Assembly: GCA_963696495.1 (NCBI GenBank)
Contig: CAVOKJ010000001.1
Coordinates: 155,467-219,466, forward strand
Reading direction: 5' to 3'
Origin: an uncultured Acidimicrobiales bacterium
GTDB taxonomy: Bacteria > Actinomycetota > Acidimicrobiia > Acidimicrobiales > RAAP-2
DNA: 64,000 nt
Shown here in pieces: positions 24,471 to 33,862 of this stretch. Every line of letters begins with the position of its first letter. Within the stretch, counting starts at the first letter, position 1. The notes under the pieces were generated by a model. It saw nothing but the letters and a program-made list of their open reading frames with translations. It was not told where the DNA came from and did no database searches. Both the position numbers and the translations under genes were made by a program.

Positions 24471-24548
24471 TGGCGGACCTGACGGGATTTGAACCCGCGA
24501 CCTCCGGCTTGACAGGCCGGCGTGCACTCCAAACTGCACCACAGGTCC
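24471..24548 (-). tRNA. tRNA-Asp (anticodon GTC), CCA encoded
   Basis: Reverse complement GGACCTGTGGTGCAGT...CCGGCCTGTCAAGCCGG...GCGGGTTCAAATCCCGTCAGGTCCGCCA. Anticodon loop CUGUCAA. Confidence 0.95.
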
Positions 24549-24577
24549 CCAACCAGCACTGACGCTGGGGAATACGG

Positions 24578-24650
24578 CACCCCCAACGGGATTCGAACCC
24601 GTGTTACCGCCTTGAAAGGGCGGCGTCCTGGGCCGCTAGACGATGGGGGC
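24578..24650 (-). tRNA. tRNA-Glu (anticodon TTC), CCA not encoded
   Basis: Reverse complement GCCCCCATCGTCTAGCGG...CCGCCCTTTCAAGGCGG...ACGGGTTCGAATCCCGTTGGGGGTG. Anticodon loop CUUUCAA. Confidence 0.95.
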
Positions 24651-24688
24651 TCAAACCCGATCAGGGCTTTTGGAGATTAGCAGGTGGA

Positions 24689-25183
24689 TCACAGGATCCC
24701 TTCGGGTCGTCCCTCGGGTGGCAGCCCCGCCGCCAGCACCTCCACCATCAGGTACTGGAGTTGGCCGAGGAGCTCGTAGAGCGCATACTCCGGGGCGGCC
24801 GGGTCGTCGGGCTCGGGCTCGGCCATGTCCTCGCTCACGTCGAGGCGGGTCCCGATCACGAGCCGCATCGAGCCGATGGCGGAGAGCCAGGCGTTGAACT
24901 CGGCCTCGGTCAGGAGGTCCGAACGCGCCGTCTCGGTGAGCACGGCGAAGGCCTCGCGGTGATGGTTGGCCAGGGCGTTGTCGACGAGCTGGCGGTAGGC
25001 CCGCTCCTCGCCGGCCTGGTCCTCTCCCGTGTAGGCGGGAGGGAAGAGGCGACGGGTCATGGGATCGCGGGACTCGAGCGTCGGGACCAGCTGCTGGGCC
25101 AGCGTCACCAGCACCGCCCGGACGTTGGGATCGAGCTTCACGACGTAGCGCCCGTCGCGGCGCCGACGGAACGGGGCGCTCAC
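24689..25183 (-). CDS. DUF2017-like protein (the usual ClpS neighbour in Actinobacteria)
   Basis: GTG 25183 overlaps the clpS stop (GTGA). Acidic helical protein; the family call rests on gene context plus overall resemblance. Confidence 0.7.
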   Translation of the reverse strand: MSAPFRRRRDGRYVVKLDPNVRAVLVTLAQQLVPTLESRDPMTRRLFPPAYTGEDQAGEERAYRQLVDNALANHHREAFAVLTETARSDLLTEAEFNAWLSAIGSMRLVIGTRLDVSEDMAEPEPDDPAAPEYALYELLGQLQYLMVEVLAAGLPPEGRPEGIL

Positions 25184-25527
25184 GTGGACTGTTCCATGGT
25201 GGCCCACAGCCCGTGCTCGTGGAGCCGGTACACGTCCAGCTCGGCCCGCTCCCGGGTGCCCGAGGAGACGACGGCCCGACCCTTGGTGTGGACGTCCAGC
25301 ATGAGCTTGGTGGCCTTCTCCTTCGAGTAGCCGAACAGCTTCTGGAGAACGAACGTGACGAACGACATGAGGTTGATGGGGTCGTTCCACACGATGACCA
25401 GCCATGGCCGGTCGGTGAGCTGGGACTCGTCGGCGATGGTGCGGACGTCCCCGGTGGGCTCGGCTTCGGCTGGCGCCTCCACCGGCGCCTCGACCGGGAT
25501 CGACCCCCGGGGCGAGACCTCCCTCAT
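25180..25527 (-). CDS. clpS: ATP-dependent Clp protease adaptor ClpS
   Basis: [46 protein letters not shown] is the ClpS core. Confidence 0.9.
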   Translation of the reverse strand: MREVSPRGSIPVEAPVEAPAEAEPTGDVRTIADESQLTDRPWLVIVWNDPINLMSFVTFVLQKLFGYSKEKATKLMLDVHTKGRAVVSSGTRERAELDVYRLHEHGLWATMEQST

Positions 25528-26516
25528 ACCGGCTCTGCGACCGCGTCCGCACCGGGTCCCGACGGCCGGTCGACCTCCGACGGGCCCGGACGGGCCTCTC
25601 CGGACGGCACGTCCGCCGGTGCGCTGGAGGGGACCACCTCGGGCCGGTGATCGCTCAGGCCGTGGTGGAACCAGAGTGCGGTCGCCCACACGAGCGAGGC
25701 CCCGAGGACGTGGAAGCCGACCAGCACGGCGGGCAGATGGGTGAAGAACTGGGTGTAGCCGATGATCCCCTGGACGACCATGGCCCCGAGCAGGATCCGC
25801 CCAGCGTCCTGGACGTGCGCGGGTGCGTCGGTCCGCCACAGCACCCACAGGATGGACAGTACCGTCAGCATGGTCAGGATGACCAGCTCGGCGTGGATCC
25901 GGGTCATGTCCTCCAACCCGATGGGCACCCGCTTGGCCCCTTTGCCCCCGGCGTGCGGGCCGGCCCCGGTCGTGGCGGTGCCGGCGGCCAACACCACCAC
26001 CAGCAGGCCGAGCATCACCCGGGTCAACCACAGGGCCGAGGTGCTCACGACCGGCGTGCCGCGCCCGGGGGCGTGCCCCGCCCGGAGGGTGAGGACGACC
26101 GCCACGGCGAGGAGGGCCATTCCCACCATGAAGTGGGTCATGACCACGTAGGCGTTCAGCTTGCTGTACACGACGAAGGCCCCGAGCACCGCCTCGCCGA
26201 GCACACCGAGGATGAGGCCGGTCGACAGCCATCGGAGATCGCGCCGGGCCGGCCGCCGGAGGAACCCGGCCACCATGGTGGCCGCGCAGAGCACCACCAG
26301 CACGAACACCACCACCCGGTTCCCGAACTCGACCAGCGCGTGCAGCCGGAGCGGGGGGGTCAGGTGGCTCTGGGCGCACGTCGGCCAGTCGGGGCACCCG
26401 AGTCCCGAGTCGGACAGGCGCACCGCGGCTCCGGTGGCCACGTTCAACACCGTGGTGGCCAGGGTGACCCGGCAGAGGAAGAGGAACGGGCGAGGGCCGA
26501 TACGCAGGAAGGACAC
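25524..26516 (-). CDS. ctaA: Heme A synthase (COX15/CtaA)
   Basis: GTG 26516. Polytopic protein with the GCPDWPTC motif and conserved His in TM helices. The stop overlaps the clpS ATG (ATGA). The rest of the 729-aa ORF is a shadow. Confidence 0.85.
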   Translation of the reverse strand: MSFLRIGPRPFLFLCRVTLATTVLNVATGAAVRLSDSGLGCPDWPTCAQSHLTPPLRLHALVEFGNRVVVFVLVVLCAATMVAGFLRRPARRDLRWLSTGLILGVLGEAVLGAFVVYSKLNAYVVMTHFMVGMALLAVAVVLTLRAGHAPGRGTPVVSTSALWLTRVMLGLLVVVLAAGTATTGAGPHAGGKGAKRVPIGLEDMTRIHAELVILTMLTVLSILWVLWRTDAPAHVQDAGRILLGAMVVQGIIGYTQFFTHLPAVLVGFHVLGASLVWATALWFHHGLSDHRPEVVPSSAPADVPSGEARPGPSEVDRPSGPGADAVAEPV

Positions 26517-26672
26517 CGTCTCCGTATGGTATCGGCCTCGCCGCGCCCCCGGCTTCGGGCGCCGGCCCGACGGCACGGCCGGCCCTGGTCCGCGGCTCGA
26601 GCCGGCCGCCCGCCCCGGGATGGCGGGCCCACGCCACCGAGGGGGGCCCCCGGTGGCACTAATGTCTGGCCA

Positions 26673-27578
26673 ATGGCAATTTCCTCGGTGGCCCTCCCCC
26701 GCCGAACCACCGTGGCTGCACGCGTCGGGGCCTATGTGGCGCTGACCAAGCCCCGCATCATCGAACTCCTGCTCATCACCACGCTGCCCACCATGATCGT
26801 GGCCAAGCGGGGCCTGCCGCCGGTCTGGCTGATGATCGCCACGCTGCTCGGTGGTGCCCTCGCCGCCGGCGGCGCCAACGCCATCAACATGTTCGTCGAC
26901 CGGGACATCGACAAGCTGATGCACCGGACCTCCAAGCGCCCGCTGGTCACCGGGGCGGTCAGCCCCCGCAGCGCCCTCGTGTTCGCCATCAGCCTCGAAG
27001 TGCTCGCCTTCGTCGAGCTGTGGGCATGGGTCAACCTCCTGTCGGCGGCGTTGGCCATCTCGGCCACCCTCTTCTATGTGTTCGTGTACACGCTGTGGCT
27101 CAAGCGCACGAGCAGTCAGAACATCGTCATCGGGGGGGCGGCCGGTGCCGTGCCGGTGCTCGTCGGGTGGGCGGCGGTCACCGACAGCCTGTCGTGGACG
27201 CCCGTCGTCATGTTCGCCATCATCTTCCTCTGGACGCCCCCCCACTTCTGGGCGTTGGCCGTCAAGTACAAGGACGACTACCAGGCGGCGAACGTCCCCA
27301 TGCTGCCGGCGGTCGCCAGCTTCAAGCGGACGGCGGCGGAGATCCTGGTCTACAGCGTCGTCCTGGTGGCGGTGAGCCTGCTGCTGGCCGTGGTGGCGAA
27401 GCTCGGCGCGGTCTACGTGGTGTCGGCCTCGGTGCTCGGCGCCGTGTTCATCGCCGCCGCGGTGAGGCTGTGGCGCCGGGCCACGCCCAAGGCGGCCATG
27501 CAGCTGTTCAGCTACTCGATCACATACCTGACCCTGCTGTTCATCCTCATGGCGGTCGACATCTTCACCAAGCATTGA
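26673..27578 (+). CDS. ctaB: Protoheme IX farnesyltransferase (heme O synthase)
   Basis: ALTKPRII...NMFVDRDIDKLMHRTSKRPL...FLWTPPHFWALA (UbiA-family motifs). Divergent from ctaA. Confidence 0.9.
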   Translation: MAISSVALPRRTTVAARVGAYVALTKPRIIELLLITTLPTMIVAKRGLPPVWLMIATLLGGALAAGGANAINMFVDRDIDKLMHRTSKRPLVTGAVSPRSALVFAISLEVLAFVELWAWVNLLSAALAISATLFYVFVYTLWLKRTSSQNIVIGGAAGAVPVLVGWAAVTDSLSWTPVVMFAIIFLWTPPHFWALAVKYKDDYQAANVPMLPAVASFKRTAAEILVYSVVLVAVSLLLAVVAKLGAVYVVSASVLGAVFIAAAVRLWRRATPKAAMQLFSYSITYLTLLFILMAVDIFTKH

Positions 27579-28318
27579 GCGACACCTCCGACACCCCCAC
27601 CGCCGACGAGCCGACCACGACCGAGCAGTCCGTTTCCGGGGCGCGCCCTGCCGCCGGTGGGCGTGGTGGCCCGGACGACCCCCCGACAGACCCCCTGGAG
27701 GCGACGCGTCCACCGCATGCCGGGGGGCAGGACCGGCACCGGTCGACTCCGGGGCCGCGACGGCTGCGCTCCCTGATGATCGGGTCGGTCATCGCCGTGG
27801 CCCTCGCCGTGTTCCTGTTCGTCGGCCTGGGCCACCGGTCGGGATCCGGTGGCGGCTCCTCGGGTCCCGTGGTCGGCATCGGCGACCCGGCCCCGAGCTT
27901 TTCGCTGCCGTCCCTCACCGGCGGCTCACCGGTCGTGCTGGACGCCCTGGGCAAGGACCGGCACCATCCGGTGGTCCTCAACTTCTTCGCCTCGTGGTGC
28001 GTGCCGTGCCAAGAGGAGACCCCGCTGCTCGCCCGGACCGCCGACGCCGAGCAGGCCAAGGGCTCGAACGTGCAGTTCATCGGCGTCGACACCCTCGACC
28101 CCCGATCCAGTGCCCTCCCGTTCGTCCAGAGGTCGGGGATCACCTACCCGGTCGGCTCCGACGGCGGCCAGGTGAGCAGTGGCCTCTACGCCATCGACGG
28201 CGATCCCCAGACCTTCTTCCTCAACGCCGAGGGCACCGTGGTCGGGCACGTGCGGGGACCGCTCACCCAGACCGAGCTCCAGCAGTGGCTGCACCGCATC
28301 GGCGGGTCCGCCGCCTGA
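27575..28318 (+). CDS. TlpA/ResA-like membrane-anchored thiol-disulfide oxidoreductase (start uncertain: TTG 27575 or ATG 27776)
   Basis: One TM helix, then a thioredoxin fold with VLNFFASWCVPCQEE (CxxC). Confidence 0.8.
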   Translation: MSDTSDTPTADEPTTTEQSVSGARPAAGGRGGPDDPPTDPLEATRPPHAGGQDRHRSTPGPRRLRSLMIGSVIAVALAVFLFVGLGHRSGSGGGSSGPVVGIGDPAPSFSLPSLTGGSPVVLDALGKDRHHPVVLNFFASWCVPCQEETPLLARTADAEQAKGSNVQFIGVDTLDPRSSALPFVQRSGITYPVGSDGGQVSSGLYAIDGDPQTFFLNAEGTVVGHVRGPLTQTELQQWLHRIGGSAA

Positions 28319-28365
28319 GCCGCAGCAGCCTGCCGGAGGGGGTCACTCCCGACGGTTCGAGGCGG

Positions 28366-29100
28366 TCATTCCCAACGGAAGGTGAGGCCGGCCACGACCG
28401 GCGCGGCCACCGCCCAGACCACCAGCACGAACCAGTCCCTGGCGGTCACCGCCGTGCCGTGGCCCAGTGTCCCGTGCAACGCGTCGGCCAGCGCCGAGGC
28501 CGGCAGCACCTTGGCCACGTCGGCCAGCCAGGTGGGCAGCTTCCCGAGCGGGATGAGCATGCCGCCCAGGAGGAGGAGGACCACGAACAGCCCGTTGACG
28601 ACGGCCAGGTTCACCAGTGGCTTGAGCGTCCCGGCCAACAACAGGCCGACGCCGCCGAAGGCGACCGTGCCCAGCACCATGGCCACGATGGCCGAGCCGA
28701 CGAGGGCTCCCGCTCCGCCCCCGGGGTTCCACCCCAGCCCGTAGCCGACGGCGACCAGCACGGCCGCCTGGACGAGCTCGACGGCGATGATGGCGACGAT
28801 CTTGGCCGTCAGCAGGCGTGGCCGGCCGAGTGGCGTGGAGCCCAACCGCTTGAGCACCCCGTAGCCCCGCTCGAATCCGGTCCCGATGCCGAGCGCGGTC
28901 ATGGCCGTCGACATGATGGCGAGCGCCAGGATGCCCGGGACGAGGAAGTCGACCGGATGCTTGGTCCCGGTGGGGAGGACGTGCACCGCCGAGAAGAAGA
29001 GCAGGAACACGACCGGGATCCCCAGCGTGAGGAAGACCGACTCCCCGTTGGTGAACAGCATGACCAGCTCGGCCCGGATCTGGGCGCTGAGGGGCCTCAC
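28366..29100 (-). CDS. ABC-2 type transporter permease
   Basis: GTG 29100 overlaps the ATPase stop (GTGA). Six predicted TM segments with the ABC-2 pattern. Confidence 0.8.
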   Translation of the reverse strand: MRPLSAQIRAELVMLFTNGESVFLTLGIPVVFLLFFSAVHVLPTGTKHPVDFLVPGILALAIMSTAMTALGIGTGFERGYGVLKRLGSTPLGRPRLLTAKIVAIIAVELVQAAVLVAVGYGLGWNPGGGAGALVGSAIVAMVLGTVAFGGVGLLLAGTLKPLVNLAVVNGLFVVLLLLGGMLIPLGKLPTWLADVAKVLPASALADALHGTLGHGTAVTARDWFVLVVWAVAAPVVAGLTFRWE

Positions 29101-30218
29101 TGCCCGGTGTCCCGCCGGGACCTCGACGACCCCGACGACGGGCCCCGTCCGGGTCGGCGTTCCCTCCGACGCGCTCCCCTCCGCGAGGTCCCCGCTCCGA
29201 CCGGTGCACCGTCGGGGCCGAGGCCCTCGGGCTCCGACGCGCTCCCCCGGGCCCCGGTGATGGCCAGGTAGGCCTCCTCCAGGGACTGCCCGGTGCGGAG
29301 ATCGCCCAGCGCCAGGTCCCGTTCGGCCAACCAGCCGGCCAGCACGGCCACCACCGCCGGTGATGCCAGGCCCGACGGTGCCAGCAGGCGGTAGGTACCG
29401 GGCCGCTCCTCGACCAGCGAGGTGCCGGGCCCGACGGCTCCGGCCAGCGCCGCGGTGTCGATGGCCGGCTCGGTCGTGAAGCGGATGGAGCCGTCCGCCG
29501 TCCCCGAGGCGAGGGCGGTCGGGGACCCCTCGGCCAGCTTCCGGCCGTGGTCGATGATCACGACCTGGTCGGCCAGGCGCTCGGCCTCGGCGAGCTCGTG
29601 GGTGGTGAGGATGATGCAGATCCCGCGGTCCCGCCGGCCGGCGATGATGTCGCGCACGACGATCCGTCCCTCCGGGTCGACCCCGGCGGTGGGCTCGTCC
29701 AGGAACAGGACTCGTGGCCGGCCGACGAGGGCGAGGGCCAGCGACAGCCGCTGCTGCTCCCCCCCGGACAGCCGGCGCCACGGGGTGCGCCGGACCGAGG
29801 AGAGACCCACCAGCTCGAGCAGCTCGGTGGGGTCCTCGGGATCGTCGTAGTAGCGGGAGAAGAGGTCGAGGACCTGGGCCGGGCCGAGCATGGGGTAGAC
29901 GCCCCCCTTCTGCAGCATGACCCCGATGTCCGGCACCAGGGCCACATGGTCGCGCCGGGGGTCGAGCCCCAGCACCCGGACCGAGCCGCCGTCGACCGGC
30001 CGGTAGCCCTCGAGCGCCTCGACCGTGCTGGTCTTGCCGGCACCGTTCGGGCCGAGGAGGGCGACGACCTGTCCCGGTGCACCGACGAACGACAGGCGGT
30101 CGACGGCCACCGTCTCGCCGTAGCGGATCACCACCTCGTCACAGAGGACGGCGGGTCCGGGCGTGGAGGGCACGGCCGTCGTCTCGGTGTCCCCGAGCGG
30201 GCTGTCAGCGTCGTCCAC
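29097..30218 (-). CDS. ABC transporter ATP-binding protein (DrrA-like) with a C-terminal extension
   Basis: Walker A GPNGAGKTS, signature LSGGEQQRL, Walker B VLFLDEPT. Confidence 0.9.
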   Translation of the reverse strand: MDDADSPLGDTETTAVPSTPGPAVLCDEVVIRYGETVAVDRLSFVGAPGQVVALLGPNGAGKTSTVEALEGYRPVDGGSVRVLGLDPRRDHVALVPDIGVMLQKGGVYPMLGPAQVLDLFSRYYDDPEDPTELLELVGLSSVRRTPWRRLSGGEQQRLSLALALVGRPRVLFLDEPTAGVDPEGRIVVRDIIAGRRDRGICIILTTHELAEAERLADQVVIIDHGRKLAEGSPTALASGTADGSIRFTTEPAIDTAALAGAVGPGTSLVEERPGTYRLLAPSGLASPAVVAVLAGWLAERDLALGDLRTGQSLEEAYLAITGARGSASEPEGLGPDGAPVGAGTSRRGARRRERRPGRGPSSGSSRSRRDTGQ

Positions 30219-30246
30219 GGGTGGTCACGCTACCGTTGTCCCCGTC

Positions 30247-31536
30247 ATGATCGATATCCGACTGGTGAGAGACGACAGCGCGTCGGTGCAGCGGGCGCTC
30301 GGGCGTCGGGGTGTGGACCCGGCGGAGATCGACCGCCTGGTCGAGCTCGATGCCGCTGCCCGCGCCGCGGTGGGACGCAGGGACGAGCTCCGGTCCGAGG
30401 TGAAGTCGCTCTCCAAGCGGGTGGGGGAGGCGCGCCGGTCGGGCGACGTGGAGGCGGCCGACGAGCTGGCGGCGACCTCCCGTGCCCTCGGCGAAGAGGA
30501 GCGGGCACTCAACGCCGTGGCCGAGTCGGCACAGGACTCCGTCCGCCAGGCACTCCTGTTCATCCCCAACCTCCCCGCCCCCGACGCGCCGGACGGCGAC
30601 GGCCCCGAGGACAACGTGGTGGTGCGGGAGTGTCCAGCCGATGCCCCCGCCTACTCGGAGGCACAGCGGGTCCCCCACTGGGAGATCGGATCGGAGCTGG
30701 GCCTCCTGGACATGGAGCGCGGGGCGAAGCTGTCCGGCTCGATGTTCCCCCTCTACCGGGGGTTCGGGGCCCGGCTGCTCCGGGCGCTGACCTCGTTCGC
30801 CCTCGACCGACATTCGGACGAGTTCGAGGAGATCCGCCCACCGACCCTCGTCCTCACGGAGACCATGGTGTCGACGGGCCACCTCCCGAAGTTCGAGGAT
30901 GACGCGTACCACCTCGAGCGTGACGACCTGTGGGCCATCCCGACGGCCGAGGTGCCGCTCACCTCGATGGGGAGGGGCGACATCCTCGACGAGGCCGACC
31001 TGCCCCTCCGGCTGACGGCCGCCACCGCCTGCTTCCGCCGGGAGGCGGGCGCCGCCGGACGGGACACGCGCGGGCTCCTGCGGGTGCACGAGTTCGACAA
31101 GGTGGAGCTCTTCGCCTATGCCACCCCCGAGCAGGCACCGGCGATGCTGGACGCCATGGTGGCCCGCGCCGAGCGGCTGCTGGTCGACCTCGGGCTCCGC
31201 TACCGGGTCCTCGACCTGTGCACCGGCGACATGGGCCCTTCGGCGGCACGGACGTTCGACCTCGAGGTCTACGCACCGGGGGTCGACCAGTGGCTCGAGG
31301 TCTCCTCGGTCAGCTGGTGCACGGACTACCAGGCCCGGCGGGCCAACATCCGCTACCGGCCCACCGGGGGCGGTGGTCCGGTGCTGGTCCACACCCTCAA
31401 CGGCTCGGCGCTGGCGTGGGCCCGCATCTGGGCCGCGCTGGTGGAGAACGGCCGGCAGGCCGACGGGTCGGTGGTGCTTCCCGAGGTGCTCGCTCCCTAC
31501 CTGCGGGGTGAGACGGTCATCCCCGCCGCCGTCTGA
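30247..31536 (+). CDS. serS: Seryl-tRNA synthetase
   Basis: MIDIRLVRDD... N-terminal coiled coil and class II core (FRREAG, GSALA). Only 28 bp separate it from the divergent ABC ATPase start. Confidence 0.95.
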   Translation: MIDIRLVRDDSASVQRALGRRGVDPAEIDRLVELDAAARAAVGRRDELRSEVKSLSKRVGEARRSGDVEAADELAATSRALGEEERALNAVAESAQDSVRQALLFIPNLPAPDAPDGDGPEDNVVVRECPADAPAYSEAQRVPHWEIGSELGLLDMERGAKLSGSMFPLYRGFGARLLRALTSFALDRHSDEFEEIRPPTLVLTETMVSTGHLPKFEDDAYHLERDDLWAIPTAEVPLTSMGRGDILDEADLPLRLTAATACFRREAGAAGRDTRGLLRVHEFDKVELFAYATPEQAPAMLDAMVARAERLLVDLGLRYRVLDLCTGDMGPSAARTFDLEVYAPGVDQWLEVSSVSWCTDYQARRANIRYRPTGGGGPVLVHTLNGSALAWARIWAALVENGRQADGSVVLPEVLAPYLRGETVIPAAV

Positions 31537-31648
31537 TCGGTCGCTGACGACCCATCGGCGGCCGGGCGGCGCTCGTGCGCATGCGGTGCGTCGCTGTGGG
31601 GGTCAGGCAGAGCAGTGCGGGTCAGGCGCAGTGCCACTCAGGTGTGGG

Positions 31649-32509
31649 TCAGGCACGGGGTGCGTCGAACCGGTAGCCGACACCGCGGATCGTCGTGATC
31701 AGCTTCGGCGAGGACGGGTCCTCCTCCACGTGGCTGCGCAGCCGCTTGATGTGCACGTCGAGGGTCTTGGTGTCGCCGAAGTAGTCCGATCCCCAGATGC
31801 GGTCGATCAGCACGTCGCGGGTGAGCAGCCGGCCGGCGTTCTCCATCAGGAGGGAGAGCAGCTCGAACTCCTTGCGACGCAGGTGGACGTCCTCACCCCG
31901 GACGAACACCAGGTGCCGGTCGGGATCGATCTGGATCCCCCCGGCCTCGAGCACGTTGCCGTGGTGTTCGACGGCGACGCCACCCCCGTCGGCCGCCCGA
32001 CCGGAGCCGCTCCGCCGATCGACGCCGTCGGGGGCACCTTTGACCGCCTTGGACCCGGCCGCCTCGGTTTCGGCACCGACCGGTGTCCTGCGGAGCACGG
32101 CCCGCATGCGGGCGACGAGCTCGCGGAGCCGGTAGGGCTTGGACACGTAGTCGTCGGCACCCACCTCGAGACCCACCACCGTGTCGATCTCGGTCCCCTT
32201 GGCGGTGACCATGATGATGGGAACCGACGACCGCGCCCGGATCGAGCGGCACACGTCGATGCCGGACAGCCGGGGGAGCATCAGGTCGAGGAGGATGAGG
32301 TCGGGATCGACCTCATCGAAGAGCTTGAGGGCCTGGTTGCCGTCGCGGGCCACGGTGATGTCGAAACCCTCGCGTGACAGGCCGATGACCAGTGCGTCGA
32401 TGAAGGACTCGTCGTCCTCGGCCAGGAGGACCTTGGTGTGCGACACGTCTTCGGGGGGTGACTTCTTGCCCGATCCGTGCTTGGTCCCCGACGCGTGCTT
32501 GGCGCTCAT
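31649..32509 (-). CDS. OmpR-family response regulator (RegX3-like) with an N-terminal extension and an unusually long linker
   Basis: Receiver domain (VLLAEDDES...LLDLMLP...KP) and winged helix (RKEFELLSLL...TLDVHIKRLR...IRGVGYRF). 286 aa. Confidence 0.85.
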   Translation of the reverse strand: MSAKHASGTKHGSGKKSPPEDVSHTKVLLAEDDESFIDALVIGLSREGFDITVARDGNQALKLFDEVDPDLILLDLMLPRLSGIDVCRSIRARSSVPIIMVTAKGTEIDTVVGLEVGADDYVSKPYRLRELVARMRAVLRRTPVGAETEAAGSKAVKGAPDGVDRRSGSGRAADGGGVAVEHHGNVLEAGGIQIDPDRHLVFVRGEDVHLRRKEFELLSLLMENAGRLLTRDVLIDRIWGSDYFGDTKTLDVHIKRLRSHVEEDPSSPKLITTIRGVGYRFDAPRA

Positions 32510-33744
32510 GCCGAATAGACCGGGGGACTGGGGAGGACCAGCGTGAAGGTCGAGCCCTCGCCCTCGCGCGAATCGACCTCGACCCGGCCGTGGTGGTTGC
32601 TGGCCACATGGCGGACGATCGACAGCCCGAGCCCGGTCCCTCCGGTGTCGCGGCTCCGCCCGTGGTCGACGCGGTAGAAGCGCTCGAAGATCCGCTCGAG
32701 GTCGCGGGCGGGGATCCCCACGCCGTTGTCGATCACCGACAGCTGGACCTCGCCGTTCGACTGGCTGCCGGCCACCCGCACGAGGCCGTCCTCGTAGGAG
32801 AAGGTCACGGCGTTCTCGAGGAGGCTGTGGATGGCCGAGACCAGCTGGCGCCGGTCGCCGAGGACGTGGATCGATGGAACGGGCTCATCGAGCTCGATGG
32901 TAATGCGTCGCTGCTCGGCCGCCGACCTGACCCGCTCCACCGCCTCGGCCATCAACAGGTTGATCGAGATCGGCTCCCGGGGTGGCGCCTCCTCCGACTC
33001 GATCCGGCTCAGGTCGAGCAGGTCGTCGATGATCCGGCTGACCCGGAAGGCCTCGGTGTGGATGCGGGAGGCCAGGCGTTGGGCGACGATCTGGTCGGAC
33101 TCGGCGGTCAGGGTCTCGGCCAGCAGGCCGAGGGCGCCGATGGGGGTCTTGAGCTCGTGGCTGACGTTGGCCACGAAATCCCGTCGGATCTCCTCGAGCC
33201 TCCGCCGGTCGGACACGTCCTCGATGATGGCGATCACCCCGAGAGGCCGCCGCCCGTCGTCGATCAGCCTCGTCCGCACGATGAGCGTCTGGCGTGGTGG
33301 GCCGTAGAGGTCGAGCGTCCGCTCGGCGGTCCCGTCCCGCCACGCTCCCTCGAGGAGCTCGGTCACCGCCTGGGCGGCCAGGGCGTCGCCGTGCCGGTTG
33401 TTCATGAGGTCGACGGCCCGGGCGTTCCGGAAGGCCACGTCACCGTTCTCGTCGCACACGATGACGCCCTGGGGCAGGGTGTCGAGGGCCCGGCGGAGCC
33501 GGATGGCATCGGAGCTGGCCTCGGTCACCGCCTCGGCGGCCTCGCCGGTCACCCGCTCGAGGTGGCTGAGGACGGGCTCCACGCCCCCCTCGTCGGGTGG
33601 CTGGACGCCCAGGCGGTTGGACAGGGCGGTCAGCCGTTGCTGCAGGCTCCTGCGCCCGGCCCGACGCCCCAGCCGTGCGGCGATGAACACGGCCAGGACG
33701 GCGACCACGCCCAGCACGATGTACCCGATCACGTACGGCTTCAC
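32506..33744 (-). CDS. Sensor histidine kinase (SenX3-like)
   Basis: N-terminal TM helix, PAS-like segment, H-box FVANVSHELKTP and the G-boxes GTGLGLSIV. 4-nt overlap with the response regulator. Confidence 0.85.
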   Translation of the reverse strand: MKPYVIGYIVLGVVAVLAVFIAARLGRRAGRRSLQQRLTALSNRLGVQPPDEGGVEPVLSHLERVTGEAAEAVTEASSDAIRLRRALDTLPQGVIVCDENGDVAFRNARAVDLMNNRHGDALAAQAVTELLEGAWRDGTAERTLDLYGPPRQTLIVRTRLIDDGRRPLGVIAIIEDVSDRRRLEEIRRDFVANVSHELKTPIGALGLLAETLTAESDQIVAQRLASRIHTEAFRVSRIIDDLLDLSRIESEEAPPREPISINLLMAEAVERVRSAAEQRRITIELDEPVPSIHVLGDRRQLVSAIHSLLENAVTFSYEDGLVRVAGSQSNGEVQLSVIDNGVGIPARDLERIFERFYRVDHGRSRDTGGTGLGLSIVRHVASNHHGRVEVDSREGEGSTFTLVLPSPPVYSA

Positions 33745-33827
33745 CGCCTAAGCATGACAGGCCGCCGGTCGGGTCGGGGCTATCCCCGACCGTGGGGAAG
33801 GAAGAACATCAAATAACATAAAAAGTA

Positions 33828-33856
33828 TTGAAAGTGATCGTCGGACTCCCTACGCT
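33828..33856 (+). promoter_or_regulatory. Sigma-70-like promoter: TTGAAA, 17-nt spacer, TACGCT; predicts a leaderless transcript starting at about ATG 33863
   Basis: Hexamers read directly from the sequence, inside a conspicuous AT-rich patch (AACATCAAATAACATAAAAAGTATTGAAAG). The -10 ends 6 nt before the ATG, and no SD is present. Confidence 0.45.
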
Positions 33857-33862
33857 CGGGGG

